This document shows, piece after piece, positions 37,155 to 51,444 of a stretch of 64,000 nt of DNA; the stretch's first letter is position 1, and the number at the start of each line of letters is the position of its first letter. This DNA comes from Octopus sinensis (taxonomy: Eukaryota), in the NCBI RefSeq assembly GCF_006345805.1, contig NC_043007.1, positions 66,216,001 to 66,280,000 of the forward strand, given 5' to 3'. A program made the position numbers and the translations under genes. A model generated the notes under the pieces. That model was not told where the DNA came from, ran no database searches, and was given only the letters and a program-made list of their open reading frames with translations.

Positions 37155-37959
37155 GTTCTTGTCGTAATTTTTTGCTTGTTAACATCGTTGTTGTCGAGTT
37201 CACGTTATCCTACCTTATAATTCATTTCGTGTTTTGCTTGTTCTTGCTAGTGCCCCCTTTTGCTATCTGGGTTTTTTTTCTTCTCCTTCTTCTTCCACGG
37301 TGCTCTTGTAACTGTTGTTATTGCTTTTGTTGTCAATGCAGTGGTTTCTTGTCTTAATTTGTGTTTCTTTATTTTGTATCTGCCAGTGTGAACACGGGCA
37401 ATGCATTTGCGTGCATTTCTACATGCGTGTATTTATATCTGTATGTAGGCGTGCGTGCATACATTTTCGTAATTGTTGTCATAATTGCTATTGTTAAACT
37501 AGAAATATAATCTAACTGCCTTCCCCACTTCCTCTTCCTCTTCCTCTCCATCACGCATTTTTGTTTCATCGATCTCTTTCTCAGCACCACCAATCATATT
37601 CTTGAGAGATTTCTCCTTAACAACGCATAAGAGCTATAACAAATAATAGCAGTTTAAAGACGTCACCCTGCCTACCCTCTTCAGGACCGTCCAAGTTCAT
37701 ATTCCATAAACTCTTACCCCACAATTCCTGCTTAAAACTGTTCCTTTTGTTTCAGCCCTACCACAATTCCATTGCATTTACTGCTTATTTATTGCTATAT
37801 GTTTATTGATTAATATTATTATTTCATTTTATTCATTTTATTTCTTTTCTTATATACGTACACGTAACGTTTATATATATACGAAGAGCTGCATGCCTGG
37901 TTCTTGCCTATACATACATAATTATTTTCATATATATATGCACATATGCATACGTGCTC

Positions 37960-38030
<71 letters not shown>

Positions 38031-40138
38031 TGTATGTATGCATGTATGTATGTATGCATGTATGTATAAATGTGTGTGTGCGTATGTTACATAGTATATG
38101 TATATATAAACATATGCATCTATATGGGTTTGTATATGTATGTATACAAATGCATGCGTGTGTATATAAGAAAAATCTATATACAAATTTACGTAACTGC
38201 GCACACACGCACATATCATATATATTTATATACACACACACACGCACAAACAAATACATAAGTATACATATATATGCATATGTATAATACGTATATATAT
38301 ATAATATATATATATATATACATATATATATACATATATACACACATGCCCACCCATACACACACACACATATATATACATGTATATATTCACATGTACA
38401 TTTTGTGGGAATGCAGGAAATAAATATGGAGAGACATTTACATGCATATTGCGCATCTTAAAGAAACGGCAGCCACCCAAACCCTTTGCCCCTATCCGTA
38501 TTCGCAGACTCAAAATGGCCCCCTACACCATCCAAGATAAAATAAATTTTCTGTTATGTTACAAGGGCTTAAGTAGGCACAGAGGACATTCATTTAGAAT
38601 ATGCATGTTACATAACAATTATCACACAAACATATACATAATTTTACACACACACACACATACTCCCATACATGCATATACACTTACACACACACATATG
38701 CATACACACACATATATATATGCCTAAACATATTTAAGGATATTTTTGTGCGTGTGTGTGTGTATGTGTGTGTGTGTGTGTGTTGTGTGTGTGTGTGTGT
38801 GTGTGTGTGTGTCGGCATTGTCTTCATCAAATTATATGTCGAGGGGCTTGCAAGAGAAAGACACATTAAACGATTTTTGTTTGGCTGTTTTGGGTTGTTT
38901 TTGGTTGTTTTTCGAAAGCGAAAAAATTCTTCAAGTTACAAGGAGAATGTAATTCACAGTTTCAAGAATCCTTCAGACGGAAGAATTTGTGAGAATTCGT
39001 CTGTCTGTGTGTCTGTCTGTCTGAGATTATGCTGCTGATATAATTGATTTTTATTTTTGCATTGTTCCGGTGTGGTGTTGGTGTTGTGGTGGTGATGGTG
39101 GTTATGGTGGTGTTGGTTGTGTTGGTGATGGTGGTGGTGGCGTTGGTAGTGGTGGTGGGGAAGTTGGTTAAGATGGTGGGGACTTTGGTGGTAATAGTAA
39201 TAGTGATGACAATGGTGGTGGCTGTGGTTGTAGTAGTGATGGTGGTAGTGGTGGTTGTGGTTGTGGTAGTGGTGTTGATGATGGAGGTGGTGGTGGTGGT
39301 GGCGGCGGCGTTGGCGGTGGTGACTTAGAGGAGGCGAAAGAGGAATAATATCTACGATGATGATGATGATGATAATGACGGTGGTGATGATGAAGAAGAC
39401 ATGGACGACCATTATGATGATGATGGTGATGGCAACAACGCCGACAATTCCAAGTCCGATTTCACATCCGTTATTTGTTTTCACGGGTCATAATCATCCT
39501 CATCATCATCGTCATTATTATCATTATTACTATAACTATCATTATTGTTGTTGTTGTTGTCGTTTTTGTTGTTAATTGTTGGTATTGATTTCTTTTAGCC
39601 CCCAAGTATGCTATGACTGAGCAGAACAGTATCAAACATTTTTTTCAATCCACGACCAATTCCGACATTTTTCTCGAACATTTCGTATCCAGAACTATAT
39701 CATAGAATTTGTTTTGTTTTGTTTTTTTCTTTGGTCAAGACCGGCAAATTTAGTTGATATTTCTAATCACATCTAGTTTCGTTTCCAATAATCATTGGCG
39801 ATATTTCATTCGAAAGCTAATGGATAAACGCCACAACACATCTTTACATCAGTAACAATATAAATTACATTTTTTTCAAATTCAAATCATGGAACCATTG
39901 TTATTATTGTTTGTAGAGGTACGAATTCCGTTTACGCTCTGAATCCTGTTCAGAAACACAATTTTGAAGACTTTATCTAAAAGTCACAATAAATAAATAA
40001 TTAAATAGATAAATAAACTGTAAGAAAGCCACGCCACTGCAGTTTTCGTCTTGAGAAAGCAACTCATATTGGCGTATAGTGCTACAAAATCTAGCAGTAG
40101 CAGTAACAGACGAATGTTATCCAGCAGTGGTGGTGGAG

Positions 40139-40184
40139 TTGCTACATCCGGAATTTCTGCTTATTTGCGCGTCGTCAGTAGCAA
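40139..40184 (-). ncRNA. Hammerhead-like motif with non-cleavable triplet (AUG)
   Basis: UUGCUA-CUGACGA-cGC-gcaaauaa-GCa-GAAA-UUCCGGA-UG-UAGCAA: 6-bp stem I and palindromic UCCGGA in stem III; C.A mismatch at the base of stem II; G at position 17. Confidence 0.45.
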
Positions 40185-41987
40185 GTATCCACTATTAACT
40201 GCATACTTAGACAAATTTCGTTTCTACTAGTACAGAAAAACACGGATTGCCTGATCATTGGTGATAGCCGTGAAAATTTCGTCGCTAATAACGAAAATTT
40301 AATATAAAATCTCAATTTAATCCCACAAACGGGTTAATATAGCTTCATGTTGACGTGCCTGGAGCTCTAGAGTAGACTGCAGACAATAAAATTCGGCAGT
40401 AGTCATCTAAGCTGGATTTTTAATCATTGAATGTAGAGGTAGACAGTGTTAAGACTTTGTGTCTATGTAAATATGAAAAGTGGATCTCAAACATACCGAC
40501 TATTGGAAGTTGGGAATATTATGAGACATACATGCGCACGCAACAGAAAGACAGACAGATGAAGAGAGAAGGAAAGAGAGAGGGAGAGAGAAAGAAAGAG
40601 AGAGACGGAGAAACAGACAAACAGACAGACAATCAGACAAAGTGACAGACAAAGAAACAATGCAGTCCTGCCATTCCGGCATCTTTAGGACCTAAGCAGA
40701 GACAGATTATCAAATATGTAATTTTCATTTTCTAACAGCCGAAATATTCAGAAATTTCTTTTAAGTAAATTTATAAATATCATTTGTCTTTTTGCTCCTT
40801 TGAAATTTCTAAAGCACATCACTTAACTTTAGACATGTAACCCTTCATAATACTCACGTCTTCGTGAAAATGTTCAGCTTTTGCACTTATCGCTACCTCT
40901 GAAAGCGACATACCCTCAGACCACTTTGCACTAAACCACTTACAAAACACTATCGAATTCTGAAAGTTTCAACTACATTTTTTTCTTTTGCTTTTTACAT
41001 TTTTGCTGCATATCAGCACCATGAGTTGACTCTGAATTAGCCATAAGCTACTACTTTTGTCCTTTAATGTTATATATTGTTAAAGAAAGCTTGTTATATT
41101 CACGCATGAGAACATTCTGACTTACACTTCTTTTCAAAGGCTCTACTATTTCAATTTCCTGATGCAATGTTAGAGTTGCAAGCTTTCTTTTCACACCTTT
41201 CCCCACCTCGGTTCCTGCATTTAATGCTGATAGATAGATATTTCAACTGATGTATGGATAATCTATAAAGATAGATAGAAAACACTTAGGTACAGGCCAC
41301 GGTTCTTTTCAACTTGAATGTAAACGTTGGCGGTGTGTGACATCGGCGATCAGGGACGGAGCTCAGCAAATGAAAAGAAGAAAGAAAAAAAGCTGAAAAG
41401 AAATATTCATAACACACAACAAAAAGTGCCGGACAATCGGGTCCGCCTGACAATTGGATGCCAGATTAATGGAACTTTAATTCATGTGTATTTGGATGTG
41501 TGCGCATGTATATACACACACATATATGTATGAATATACATTAAATACATACATCCATACATATATGTGTGTGTATGTGTGTGTGTATTTATGTATGTAT
41601 GTATATATATATATATATATTTATATATGTATGTATATATATGTATTGATATATATATATATAAAGAGGGGCTAAACAGGGAGAAGAAGATGGATAGACA
41701 GATAGATAGACAGACAGACAGACCGAAAGAGAGATAGAGATAAAGAAAGAGAGCTGTATTTCTACCAGTATTGACTTTCACTTCGATCTTTCTGCAATCG
41801 TTAAAATAATTACCAAGCAATTACTAAGGTCGATGTAATTAACTTTTTCTTACCTGATAAAGGTGCGGCTTTGTATGGAATCTTACCAATCAATACATAA
41901 ACATATATACCTGTGTTTGGTACATACTTTATATTCTCAAACCATATAGAAGTTTATGGCCATCGCTGCAAGTTATTTTTCAATCAC

Positions 41988-42155
41988 AGACACGGCTGTG
42001 TGGTTAAGTAGTTCGCCTCCCAACCATGTGGATAAGGGTTCAGTCTCACTGTGCAGCACATTATAAAGTGCCTTTTAATATAGCTCCAGGCCGACAAAGA
42101 CCTTGTGAGCGAATGAATGAATTTAGTAGACGGAAACTGTGTAGAATCTTGTTAT
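41988..42155 (+). mobile_element. SINE family A, 5' half
   Basis: GGCTGTGTGGTTAAGTAGTTCGCCTCCCAACCATGTG..CAAAGACCTTGTGAG..GACGGAAACTG. Confidence 0.8.
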
Positions 42156-42204
42156 ATTTATAAATGTGTGCGTGCGTGCGTGTGCGTGTGCGTACGAGTA
42201 GGTC

Positions 42205-42452
42205 TGTGTTTATACTCATACCTATTTCTTTACTACCCACAAGGAGCGAAACACAGAGGGGACAAACAAGGACAGACAAACGGATTAAGTCGATTACATC
42301 GACCCCAGTGCGTAACTGGTACTTAATTTATCGACCTCGAAAGGATGAAAGGCAAAGTCGACCTCGGCGGAATTTGAACTCAGAACGTAACGGCAGACGA
42401 AATACGGCTACGCATTTCGTCCGGCGTGCTAACGTTTCTGTCAGCTCACCGA
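42205..42452 (-). mobile_element. SINE family B
   Basis: Reverse complement of the 61151-61370 copy. Confidence 0.9.
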
Positions 42453-42819
42453 CTGGTGTTAGTGTATCTATGTCCACTTCATTCAGCGAAAGTGACCAGA
42501 CATAAATATGGGGATCGATTTGATCGATTAAACTCTCCAGGCCGGTAGTCCAGCATGGCCTCTGCCCAATGACAGAAACAAATAAAAGAATTAAAAATTA
42601 TAAAATAAAAACCAGGAACTGACATTACATTACACTGGAGATATCTATGACAAATATTTATTATTATATGTATTATGGACTCAACATTATTCAACATCAA
42701 TCTACACTTATCTTTATATATATATACATTTTTCATTTTTACTAACAATACTTTCTCATACTCTGCAGTTTATTAATCATGCAACATGGTTTATTTATTT
42801 ATTTTCCTCTTTATCTATT

Positions 42820-43069
42820 TTACTTGTTTCAGTCACTAGACTACGGCCATGCTGGGGCGCCACCTTGAATTTTTTTAGTCGATTTAATCGACTCCAGTAC
42901 TTATTTTTTAAGCCAAGTACTTATCCTATTGGATCTCTTTTTCCGAACCGCCAAATTACGGGGATGTAGACATACCAACACTAGTTGTCAAGCGGTGGTT
43001 GGGAACAAACACAGACACAAAGACATACACACATAGATTTATATATATACATACATGCATGCATATATA

Positions 43070-43100
<31 letters not shown>

Positions 43101-43573
43101 ATTATCATTTTAATAAATAAATAAGTTAACATTTTAATGTCCTAAATTGATGAACCAAATATTGCGCTTCTCCATTTTCTTATTTGCTACTAGCAGTATC
43201 GCCCGGCGTTGCTCAGGTTTGTAAGGGAAATAACTATAAAGCATTTTTAGAGAGTTATAGCCAAAAAGTAGCAAAAAAATGGAAAAAAAATGATGGTAAA
43301 TTTTTTTTGAGAGTTAAAAAAGGTCGAGTTGCGTCCCCTAGACAGTCTGTGGTTTGTGTTTCTGATTCTCGACCCCATGTCGAATTTATCGATTTTTTTC
43401 AGAACTGGGGTAACTTTTCAAAATTTTCGCTGCGTTAGTTTTGAATTATGACATTGGGCTATGTGTGTCTCAAGTTTCATCAGAATCGGTTGAAAGCCGT
43501 GGTCAGGGTGAGGGTACAACGAAACAGACACACAGAAACACACACAGACAAACTGCCGTTTATATAGAGAGAG

Positions 43574-43626
<53 letters not shown>

Positions 43627-43627
43627 T

Positions 43628-43658
<31 letters not shown>

Positions 43659-43790
43659 CGAAATTCGTTCAGTTTCATTCTACCGGATCCACTCACAAGG
43701 GTTTGGTCAGCCTGAGGCCACAGTAGAAGACACTTGCCCGAGGTACCACGTAGTGAGACTGGACCCTGAAACTATATGACTGGGAAGCAA
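42820..43790 (-). mobile_element. SINE family A split by a Helitron-like insertion in its internal microsatellite
   Basis: 3' half at 42820-43025 and 5' half at 43665-43790, same orientation, separated by microsatellite and the 43188-43575 element. Confidence 0.7.
43188..43575 (+). mobile_element. Non-autonomous Helitron/Helentron-like element
   Basis: 5' TACTAGCAGTATCGCCCGGCGTTGCTC and 3' ..ACAGACAAACTGCCGTTTATATAGAGAGAT resemble Lep1/HINE-type termini; no TIRs. Confidence 0.6.
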
Positions 43791-44049
43791 TAAGCCGTCT
43801 ACTTCTACTGTAGCTTACATTCAGTCAAAGGAGGTATTTTGTCTTGCGAGCTTCATGGCAACTTCATTAGTGTTGGTGTCACAAGAAAGATAAAACAGGA
43901 AAACCATCTAGTACACTTTGTGGAGTTGTTGTCGTTTGGTAGAGCATCCAATCGTAGAATCCATCCAGTCGTAGAAACGAAACACTGGAGTACGATGCAG
44001 TTCTTGAACCCCTCGGATCCTGTTGAATCGCTCAACCCATGCCAGAGCA

Positions 44050-44072
44050 TGTTGATGATGATAATAATAATA

Positions 44073-44121
<49 letters not shown>

Positions 44122-44545
44122 CGACGACGACGACGACGAAGGCAATGATGATGATGAAGATAATAACAATGACGACGACTGCAACGACGCCGACAACGAC
44201 GACAACAATGATGTTGATAACGATGATAATGATGATGACGACGACGAAGTTGATGATGATGATGATGAGGAGGAGGAGGAAGAGGAGGAGGATGATGATG
44301 ATGATGATGATGCGGATGATGACGACAACGACGACGACGATGATGATGATGATGATGAGGATGATGATGATATCGACAACGACGACGACGACGATGATGA
44401 TGATGATGATGATGATAATGATGATGCGGATGATGACAACGACGACGACGATGATGATGATGATGATAATGGCGACGACGACGATGATAATGATGATGAT
44501 GATTGATGATGACGATAATGAGGATGATGATGACGACGAAGATGA
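44050..44545. repeat. (GAT/GAC)n microsatellite
   Basis: Directly visible. Confidence 0.95.
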
Positions 44546-45758
44546 TTCATATCTATGTTGTTAATCCAAATCAAATGAAATGAAAGGAAAACCATCTTTG
44601 TAGATGAAATATCTTTTTTTTTTTAGAGAAACAAATTTCCATGAAGCACCAAAAAATTTGAATAATTGAAACTGCGGTGGAATCTTAAATATCACTTTAT
44701 AGAGTAAGTCCAATATCTGAAACCTAGGACTCATTATGAGTCTGGTAATTAATTTTATCGGTCTGTTTTGCCGAACCACCTTGTTGTGGAGAGATAAATA
44801 AACCAACACCGGTTTCAAGCGGTGTTGCTGATATTACAGTTGTTACACTTTGTCACTGTCGTTGTGGGTGCTTGCTGTTGTTGTTTTCGTTTTTTGCTTT
44901 TAATAACTATTTTTGTTGTTGTTGCCGTTGTTGTTGTTGTTGTTGTTATTGCTGCTGCTACTACTGTTGCTGTTGTTGTTGCTTTAGTGTTCCTTAAATT
45001 TATTGTAAAAGTAAAGACAACCAAATTGCCAGACATGTGTCCACCTTTTACTACCCATCCCAAGGTAAACAACCATGGTTCACTCTCTCTCTCTTTCTTT
45101 CACTCACTCACTCACTCTCTCACCTTCACTTTCTCTCTCCCTCATTCTCTCTCTCTCTCTCTCATCCCTGTATCTCTCATCTCTCCAACACCTCTATTAA
45201 CAACCCACCTACCGAACCAACCGACCGACCAGCCAGACATACGGACAGCCAAACATCCAATCAAGCATCACCATCTATGCAAGCATCTACAGATGACGTA
45301 ATCTCCACTGGACACGTCACCGACGGGAAGTTGACACAACAGAGGAGTGGTGCAGGTGTATGTGTGCGGGTGGGGGTGGGGTTGAGGGTGAGGGGCTCTG
45401 GTGGGGAAAACCCGTAACTTGTTTATGATGTTTATCTGCCCACAGATTTCCGGTGATGCTGTTAACGTTGATAGTGATGATGATGATGATAATGATGATG
45501 ACAATGATGGTGATTATGATGATGATGCTGATGATGACGACGACGACGATGATGATGATGATGTGGAAGAGGAGGAGGTGGAGGATGACGACGATGAAGA
45601 GGACAATGTTGTTATTGATATCACCATTGTTAATTAATAGAAATATGTATCTCCGTGTGTGTGTGTGTGTGTGTGTGTGTGCTTGTGTGTCTGTGTGTCT
45701 GCGTGTGATGTATGCGTGCGTGCATGTGTGATAAGCGTGTATATAAGCATAGACACAC

Positions 45759-45808
<50 letters not shown>

Positions 45809-46741
45809 GTGTACATATGCGCATGCATGCTTGAATATGTATGTGTGTGTGTATATATATGTGCGTGTATATATATGTGCGTGTGTGTGTGTATACAGTA
45901 ATGCCTCGATATGCGAGTTAACTTTTTCCCAGAGACCGATCGTAAAGCGAAAACTCGTAAGGCAGAGCAATAACTTCCCATAATAGCAATGTTATAAATC
46001 GTAATTGGTTCCCAGAATAATATTTTACCAATAAAATCTATAATACTGGTAAATAAATAGCAATAAAACAACAGTAGGATGTAAAGAATAGTCTATGTAA
46101 AGTAAAAAGAATGTCAAGATAACTAATAATAAAAAAACATTTTTATTTAAAGGCGGTGCTCCTGCATGGTCACAGTCGACTAAAAAAGTAAAAGAATGAA
46201 AGAATAAAAGATTAAAATCACTTGTTGACGCAATCGCCGATTCACAAGCACTCGTAGAAGAATTTTCAGATTTCCTTTTAAATAAACAAGTCTAGAGTTG
46301 TTTGCTTCGAAGAAACAATTTTTATACTCTCTATAAATATCTCGATAACACACAGAAGCATTTATAGTAGTAGAAACTTGTGCACTTGTTCAAAATTTGG
46401 ATCTTGTGCTTGAAAAATTTATTATAAGATAAAACTCGTAATCCCGGGGTCTCGTAAAGCGGATCCTCGTAAAATGATGTATAACTGTGTAAATATACAC
46501 GTATATATTCTATGTTGTTAATCCAAATCAAATGAAATGAAAGGAAAACCATCTTTGTAGATGAAATATCTTTTTTTTTTAGAGAAACAAATTCCATGGA
46601 GCACCGAAAATTTGAATAATTGAAACTGCGGTGGAATCTTAAATATCACTTTATAGAGTAAGTCCTATAGAGACTTTATAGAGTAACTGAAACCTAGGAC
46701 TTTATAGAGTAACTGAAACCTGGGACTCATTATGAGTTACT

Positions 46742-46855
46742 TATTCCACTCACAAGGCTTTGGTCGGCCCGAGGCTATAGTAGAAGACACTTGCCCAGAT
46801 GCAACGCAGTGGACTGAAACCGGGAACCATGTGGTTGGTAACAAGGTACTTACTA
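46742..46855 (-). mobile_element. SINE family A 5' half (divergent to a second head at 47207-47270 across a 350-bp (TA)n)
   Basis: CCACTCACAAGGCTTTGGTCGGCCCGAGGCTATAGTAGAAGACACTTGCCC; plus-strand head GGCGCAGGCGTGGCTGTGTGG at ~47210. Confidence 0.85.
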
Positions 46856-46873
46856 CATATATATATATATCTT

Positions 46874-46955
<82 letters not shown>

Positions 46956-46994
46956 ATTATATAATATATATATATATATATATTATATAATATC

Positions 46995-47029
<35 letters not shown>

Positions 47030-47058
47030 TATAACTATAATATATATATATAATATAT

Positions 47059-47201
<143 letters not shown>

Positions 47202-47280
47202 AATATATAGGCGCAGGCGTGGCTGTGTGGTAAGTAGCTTGTTTACCAACAACATGGTTCCGGGTTCAGATTACGATATA

Positions 47281-47327
<47 letters not shown>

Positions 47328-47844
47328 GATTTAAAGAAGAAAATGGAGACTGGGAAGTTAATAATTGTTTATTATTAACAGGAAATTGGTCATCTTCACT
47401 TACAGTCGTTTTGTCCAATTCACAGCTAGTAATAAATAATTATTATCTTTCCAATCTCCATTTTCTTCTTCTTTTAAACGAATATAAACTATGTTTTTAT
47501 ATACATAGTTTTACATATATAGTTTTCTATACATAGTTTTATATACATAGTTTTAAGGAAATTCTTTCTCCCGAAATACTAGGTATTGAACCAGTATTTC
47601 CTTGGATGAAACTATCCCTTCATGAGGTTAACACAACCTGTAAATAAATTTATATATATTTTGGTGTTTTGCTGAAATTTTTCTTGAGAACACACTCTTC
47701 GTGATAATGGCGATTTGACGTTTATATTACATATTAGGAGTCCTCTTAATTTGGTATGCAATATAATTTTTAATCTTCGGATTTTTAAACATGCTAAGCC
47801 ACTGGTTTTAATTGATTAATATCGATTTCTACCCTCATTATTTA

Positions 47845-47878
<34 letters not shown>

Positions 47879-47980
47879 ATGTATGTATATACATACACAC
47901 ATACACATAAAATATATATATATATACATATATATATGTATATATATATGTAAGTATGTATGTATATATATGTCTGTCTG

Positions 47981-48015
<35 letters not shown>

Positions 48016-49132
48016 ACACATACACATGGATGTATGTGCTTACGGACATACGCACATATAGACACATATATATTCACACATGCATACGTTCATATAGGCA
48101 CAATACCCATATACATATGCATATCGTTTTATATATTTATATATTTATATACTTAAAGTGAAGATCGAATAAATATTTTATGTGTTCAATTAGCAAAAGA
48201 TGACCAAACCCAAACATAACAATATTTATACATCGTTATACACACACGTACATATGTGTACGCATATATACATATGTATAAATATCTTCGTGTATAAATA
48301 CACACATATATATATATATGTATATACTTGTTAATATTTGTGTCCGTATTATTGTTGCTATTGTGTTATATTGTTGTTCTTTATTTGTGATCTTTATTGT
48401 TGATGTTGCTACAGCCATCACCTTTGTTTGCAACATGCTTTGTTATTAATCTTCCGTTTATATTTTTACCATATGTTGCTATTTTTAGAATTGCTGTCGC
48501 GCTTCATATCGTCGTCGTCATCGTCATCGTCGTCATCGTAACCGTCGTCGCTGTTATTGTTGTGATGGCTGATGTTGTTATAGTATTTGTTGTAATCATT
48601 GAAGACTTTTTTCTCCTCCATTTTTCCTATACATTGCTTTTCTTTTGTCTTTATGTTGTTGCTATCACTGTTGTTGTTTCATATTACTGATGTCGATTTT
48701 TTTCATTGCTAATATTACTGTCGTTGTTACTGTTGTCGCTATTGTTGTTCTTATTGTTGCTGACGTTGTTGTTGCTGCTACCGGTGTTGCTTTTGTTGCT
48801 TTTTATGGCTGTTTTGGTTTTGTTGTCGATGTTGTTGTTCTTGCTGCTGCTGCTGCTGCTGCTACTACTGTTACTGTGATTGTTATTGATGTTATCCTTT
48901 TTGTTTAACATCCCAAGGGACTTCAAGTACCTTTGTAGTATCTGAGTTTCACAGTTGAGCAACTAGACTGCTATCCATATGTTCATCATTCCAAACATAC
49001 TCTATCTGCATCTAGTACAGGGACTTCCAGCCTGGATTATCCGCACCTCATTAGAGGCACAGAATGAAATTTCAGAAGATAAGAACAAATAAGAAGAAAA
49101 AGAAAAATAGCTTTTCAGAATAAAAATTCTAA

Positions 49133-49250
49133 CAGGCATAGCTCGGTGGTGAGAATTTTGCTTGCCAACCACACGGTTAGAGGTTCAGTTCCACTGCGAG
49201 GCACCTTGTGCAAATGTCTACTACTATTGCCTCGGGCTGACCAAGTCTTG
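49133..49250 (+). mobile_element. SINE family A 5' part, cut by the assembly gap
   Basis: Family A head to GGGCTGACCAAGTCTTG, then Ns. Confidence 0.8.
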
Positions 49251-49350
49251 NNNNNNNNNNNNNNNNNNNNNNNNNNNNNNNNNNNNNNNNNNNNNNNNNN
49301 NNNNNNNNNNNNNNNNNNNNNNNNNNNNNNNNNNNNNNNNNNNNNNNNNN
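49251..49350. other. Assembly gap (100 N)
   Basis: Run of 100 n. Confidence 1.
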
Positions 49351-49434
49351 TCACCTTAGTCTAACATTATATTGTATTATCTAACTTTAGTTATAGCGTT
49401 AGACATTTTGCTTGAATTCTTTTCTTTCTTTTCC

Positions 49435-49693
49435 TTTCACTTTACTTGTTTCAGTCATTTGACTGGTGCCATGTTGGTGCAACGCCTTGAAGGTTTTTTT
49501 AGTCGAACAAGTCGACTCCAGGACTCATACCTAAAGCCTAGTACTTATTCTATCGGGTGATTTTGCCGAACCGCTAAGTACGGGGGCGAAAAAACAGCGA
49601 CACCGGTTGTTATCGGTGATGGTGAGCCAAACATACTCAAAGACACGCGCACACACACAGAGACACATACACATACACGTATATCTATCTATC

Positions 49694-49724
<31 letters not shown>

Positions 49725-49885
49725 ACACGATGTGTTTTTACCGTCTATCAAATTCACTCACAAGGCTTTAGTCGGCCCGAGGCTATAGTAGAAGACACTC
49801 GCCCAATGTCCACGCAGAGGGACTCAACCCGAAACCATGTGGGTTGGGAAGCAAGTTTTATACCCCACAGCTACGGCTGCGCCTA
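49435..49885 (-). mobile_element. SINE family A, near full length
   Basis: Reverse complement of the family A consensus. Confidence 0.88.
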
Positions 49886-50174
49886 TTTGTATCATTTTTG
49901 TATTTAATTTGTATTCAACATTTGTATCATTTTAAGTTTGTATGGTTGTAAGTTTATTAAGTAATCAAAAGAGCTTGTTTTAGTAGAAAATCTGAAATAT
50001 TTTTAGAAAACCTAATTTTCTTAATATAAGAGGAAATTTGTTTAGAGAGGTGTTGTGTAACCACAAACACCTTTCTGTCAAATTTATGTAATGTTAGATA
50101 CCACTACTAAAACATTATTATCTGTCAATGTGCGCATATAATTTGATATGTATTAATGTGTAATATGTAACCAT

Positions 50175-50320
50175 TGTAAAAATATGCTTCTGAACCACAT
50201 TGTTCTGGATTTCATTCCATTGCGTGTTGACTTCAGCAAGTGTCTTCTGTTATAGCCCCAGGTCGACCAAAGCCTTGCGAGTGGATTTTGATAGGCAGAA
50301 ACTGAAAGAACTCCGTTGTA
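50175..50320 (+). mobile_element. SINE family A, 5' half, decayed
   Basis: GCAAGTGTCTTCTGTTATAGCCCCAGGTCGACCAAAGCCTTGCGAGTGGATTTTG. Confidence 0.8.
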
Positions 50321-50814
50321 CACTCACACACACACATGTATACATTTGTGTGTGTGTATTTGTGTGTAATTTGTGTTCGTGCTTCCTATATATAAAATAT
50401 CGGAACGTTAGTATAAAATATAAAGGTTGGTTGCATGGACAAAATAAAGGACCATATTTTACGTTGTGAAGAATATACATACATACATATACGTACACAT
50501 ACACGCACACACACACATACATATTTATGCGTATATATATATACACACACGTACATATATATGTATATATTTGTATGTATGTGTGTGTATTTACATAAGT
50601 AATACATTCCGTTATAGAATACGTAATGTAACCGGAGGTCATAATTAAATGCCTGTATTCGACACCTCTAGAATATTCATCCGTATAGTTGCATACCGGA
50701 ATGAAAATATTAAGAAGTTGCACAGTTTTATATAAAACATGATTTGCTTGTCTTTAACGGTAGAAGGATGGAAATAAATAAAAATATAACCTTTTCTAGT
50801 ATAGATAGATACAA

Positions 50815-50970
50815 AGCCTGAAATTTTGTCGATAGGCGATTAGTCGATTACATCAACCCCAGTGCTTAACTAGTAGTTATTTCATTAACCCCAAAAGGAT
50901 GAAAGGCAAAGTCGACCTCGGTGGAATTTGAACTCAGAACGTAAAACGAAGAAATACTGCTAAGCATTAT
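50815..50970 (-). mobile_element. SINE family B fragment
   Basis: AAAGGATGAAAGGCAAAGTCGACCTCGGTGGAATTTGAACTCAGAAC. Confidence 0.85.
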
Positions 50971-51054
50971 GGTATGTCCCGGAATGTTGGTGTATTACAG
51001 CAGCAATGAAATGAATATATCAATATATATAAACTATATATAATGTCAGCATAT

Positions 51055-51402
51055 GCTCTTTTACTCTTTTACTTGTTTCAGTCATTTAGTCGAGCAAATC
51101 GACCCCAGGACTTATTCTTTGTAAGCCTAGTACTTATTCTATCGGTCTCTTGCCGAACCACTAAGTTACGAGACGTAAACACACCACCATCGGTTGTCAA
51201 GTGATGTTGGGGGACAAACACAAACACATAAACACACACATACATATATATATATACATATATATAACGGGCTTCTTTCAGTTTCCATCTACCAAATCCA
51301 CTCACAAGGCTTTGGTCAGCCCGAGGCTATAGTAGGAGACACTTGCCCGAGGTGTCACGCTGTGGGACTGAACCCGCTGCTTACCACACAGCCACTCCTG
51401 CG

Positions 51403-51405
<3 letters not shown>
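51055..51405 (-). mobile_element. SINE family A, near full length
   Basis: Reverse complement of the family A consensus, ending CTTACCACACAGCCACTCCTGCGCCTAT. Confidence 0.9.

Positions 51406-51444
<39 letters not shown>

Noticed and set aside
38380-38727. 115-aa ORF with a partly unique sequence
   Set aside because: Starts and ends in microsatellite, with no recognisable domain or splice context
47550-47650. CTCATGAAGGGAT..ATCC..GAAATAC hammerhead-like text in an AT-rich repeat
   Set aside because: Core mutated, and no valid NUH or stem III register
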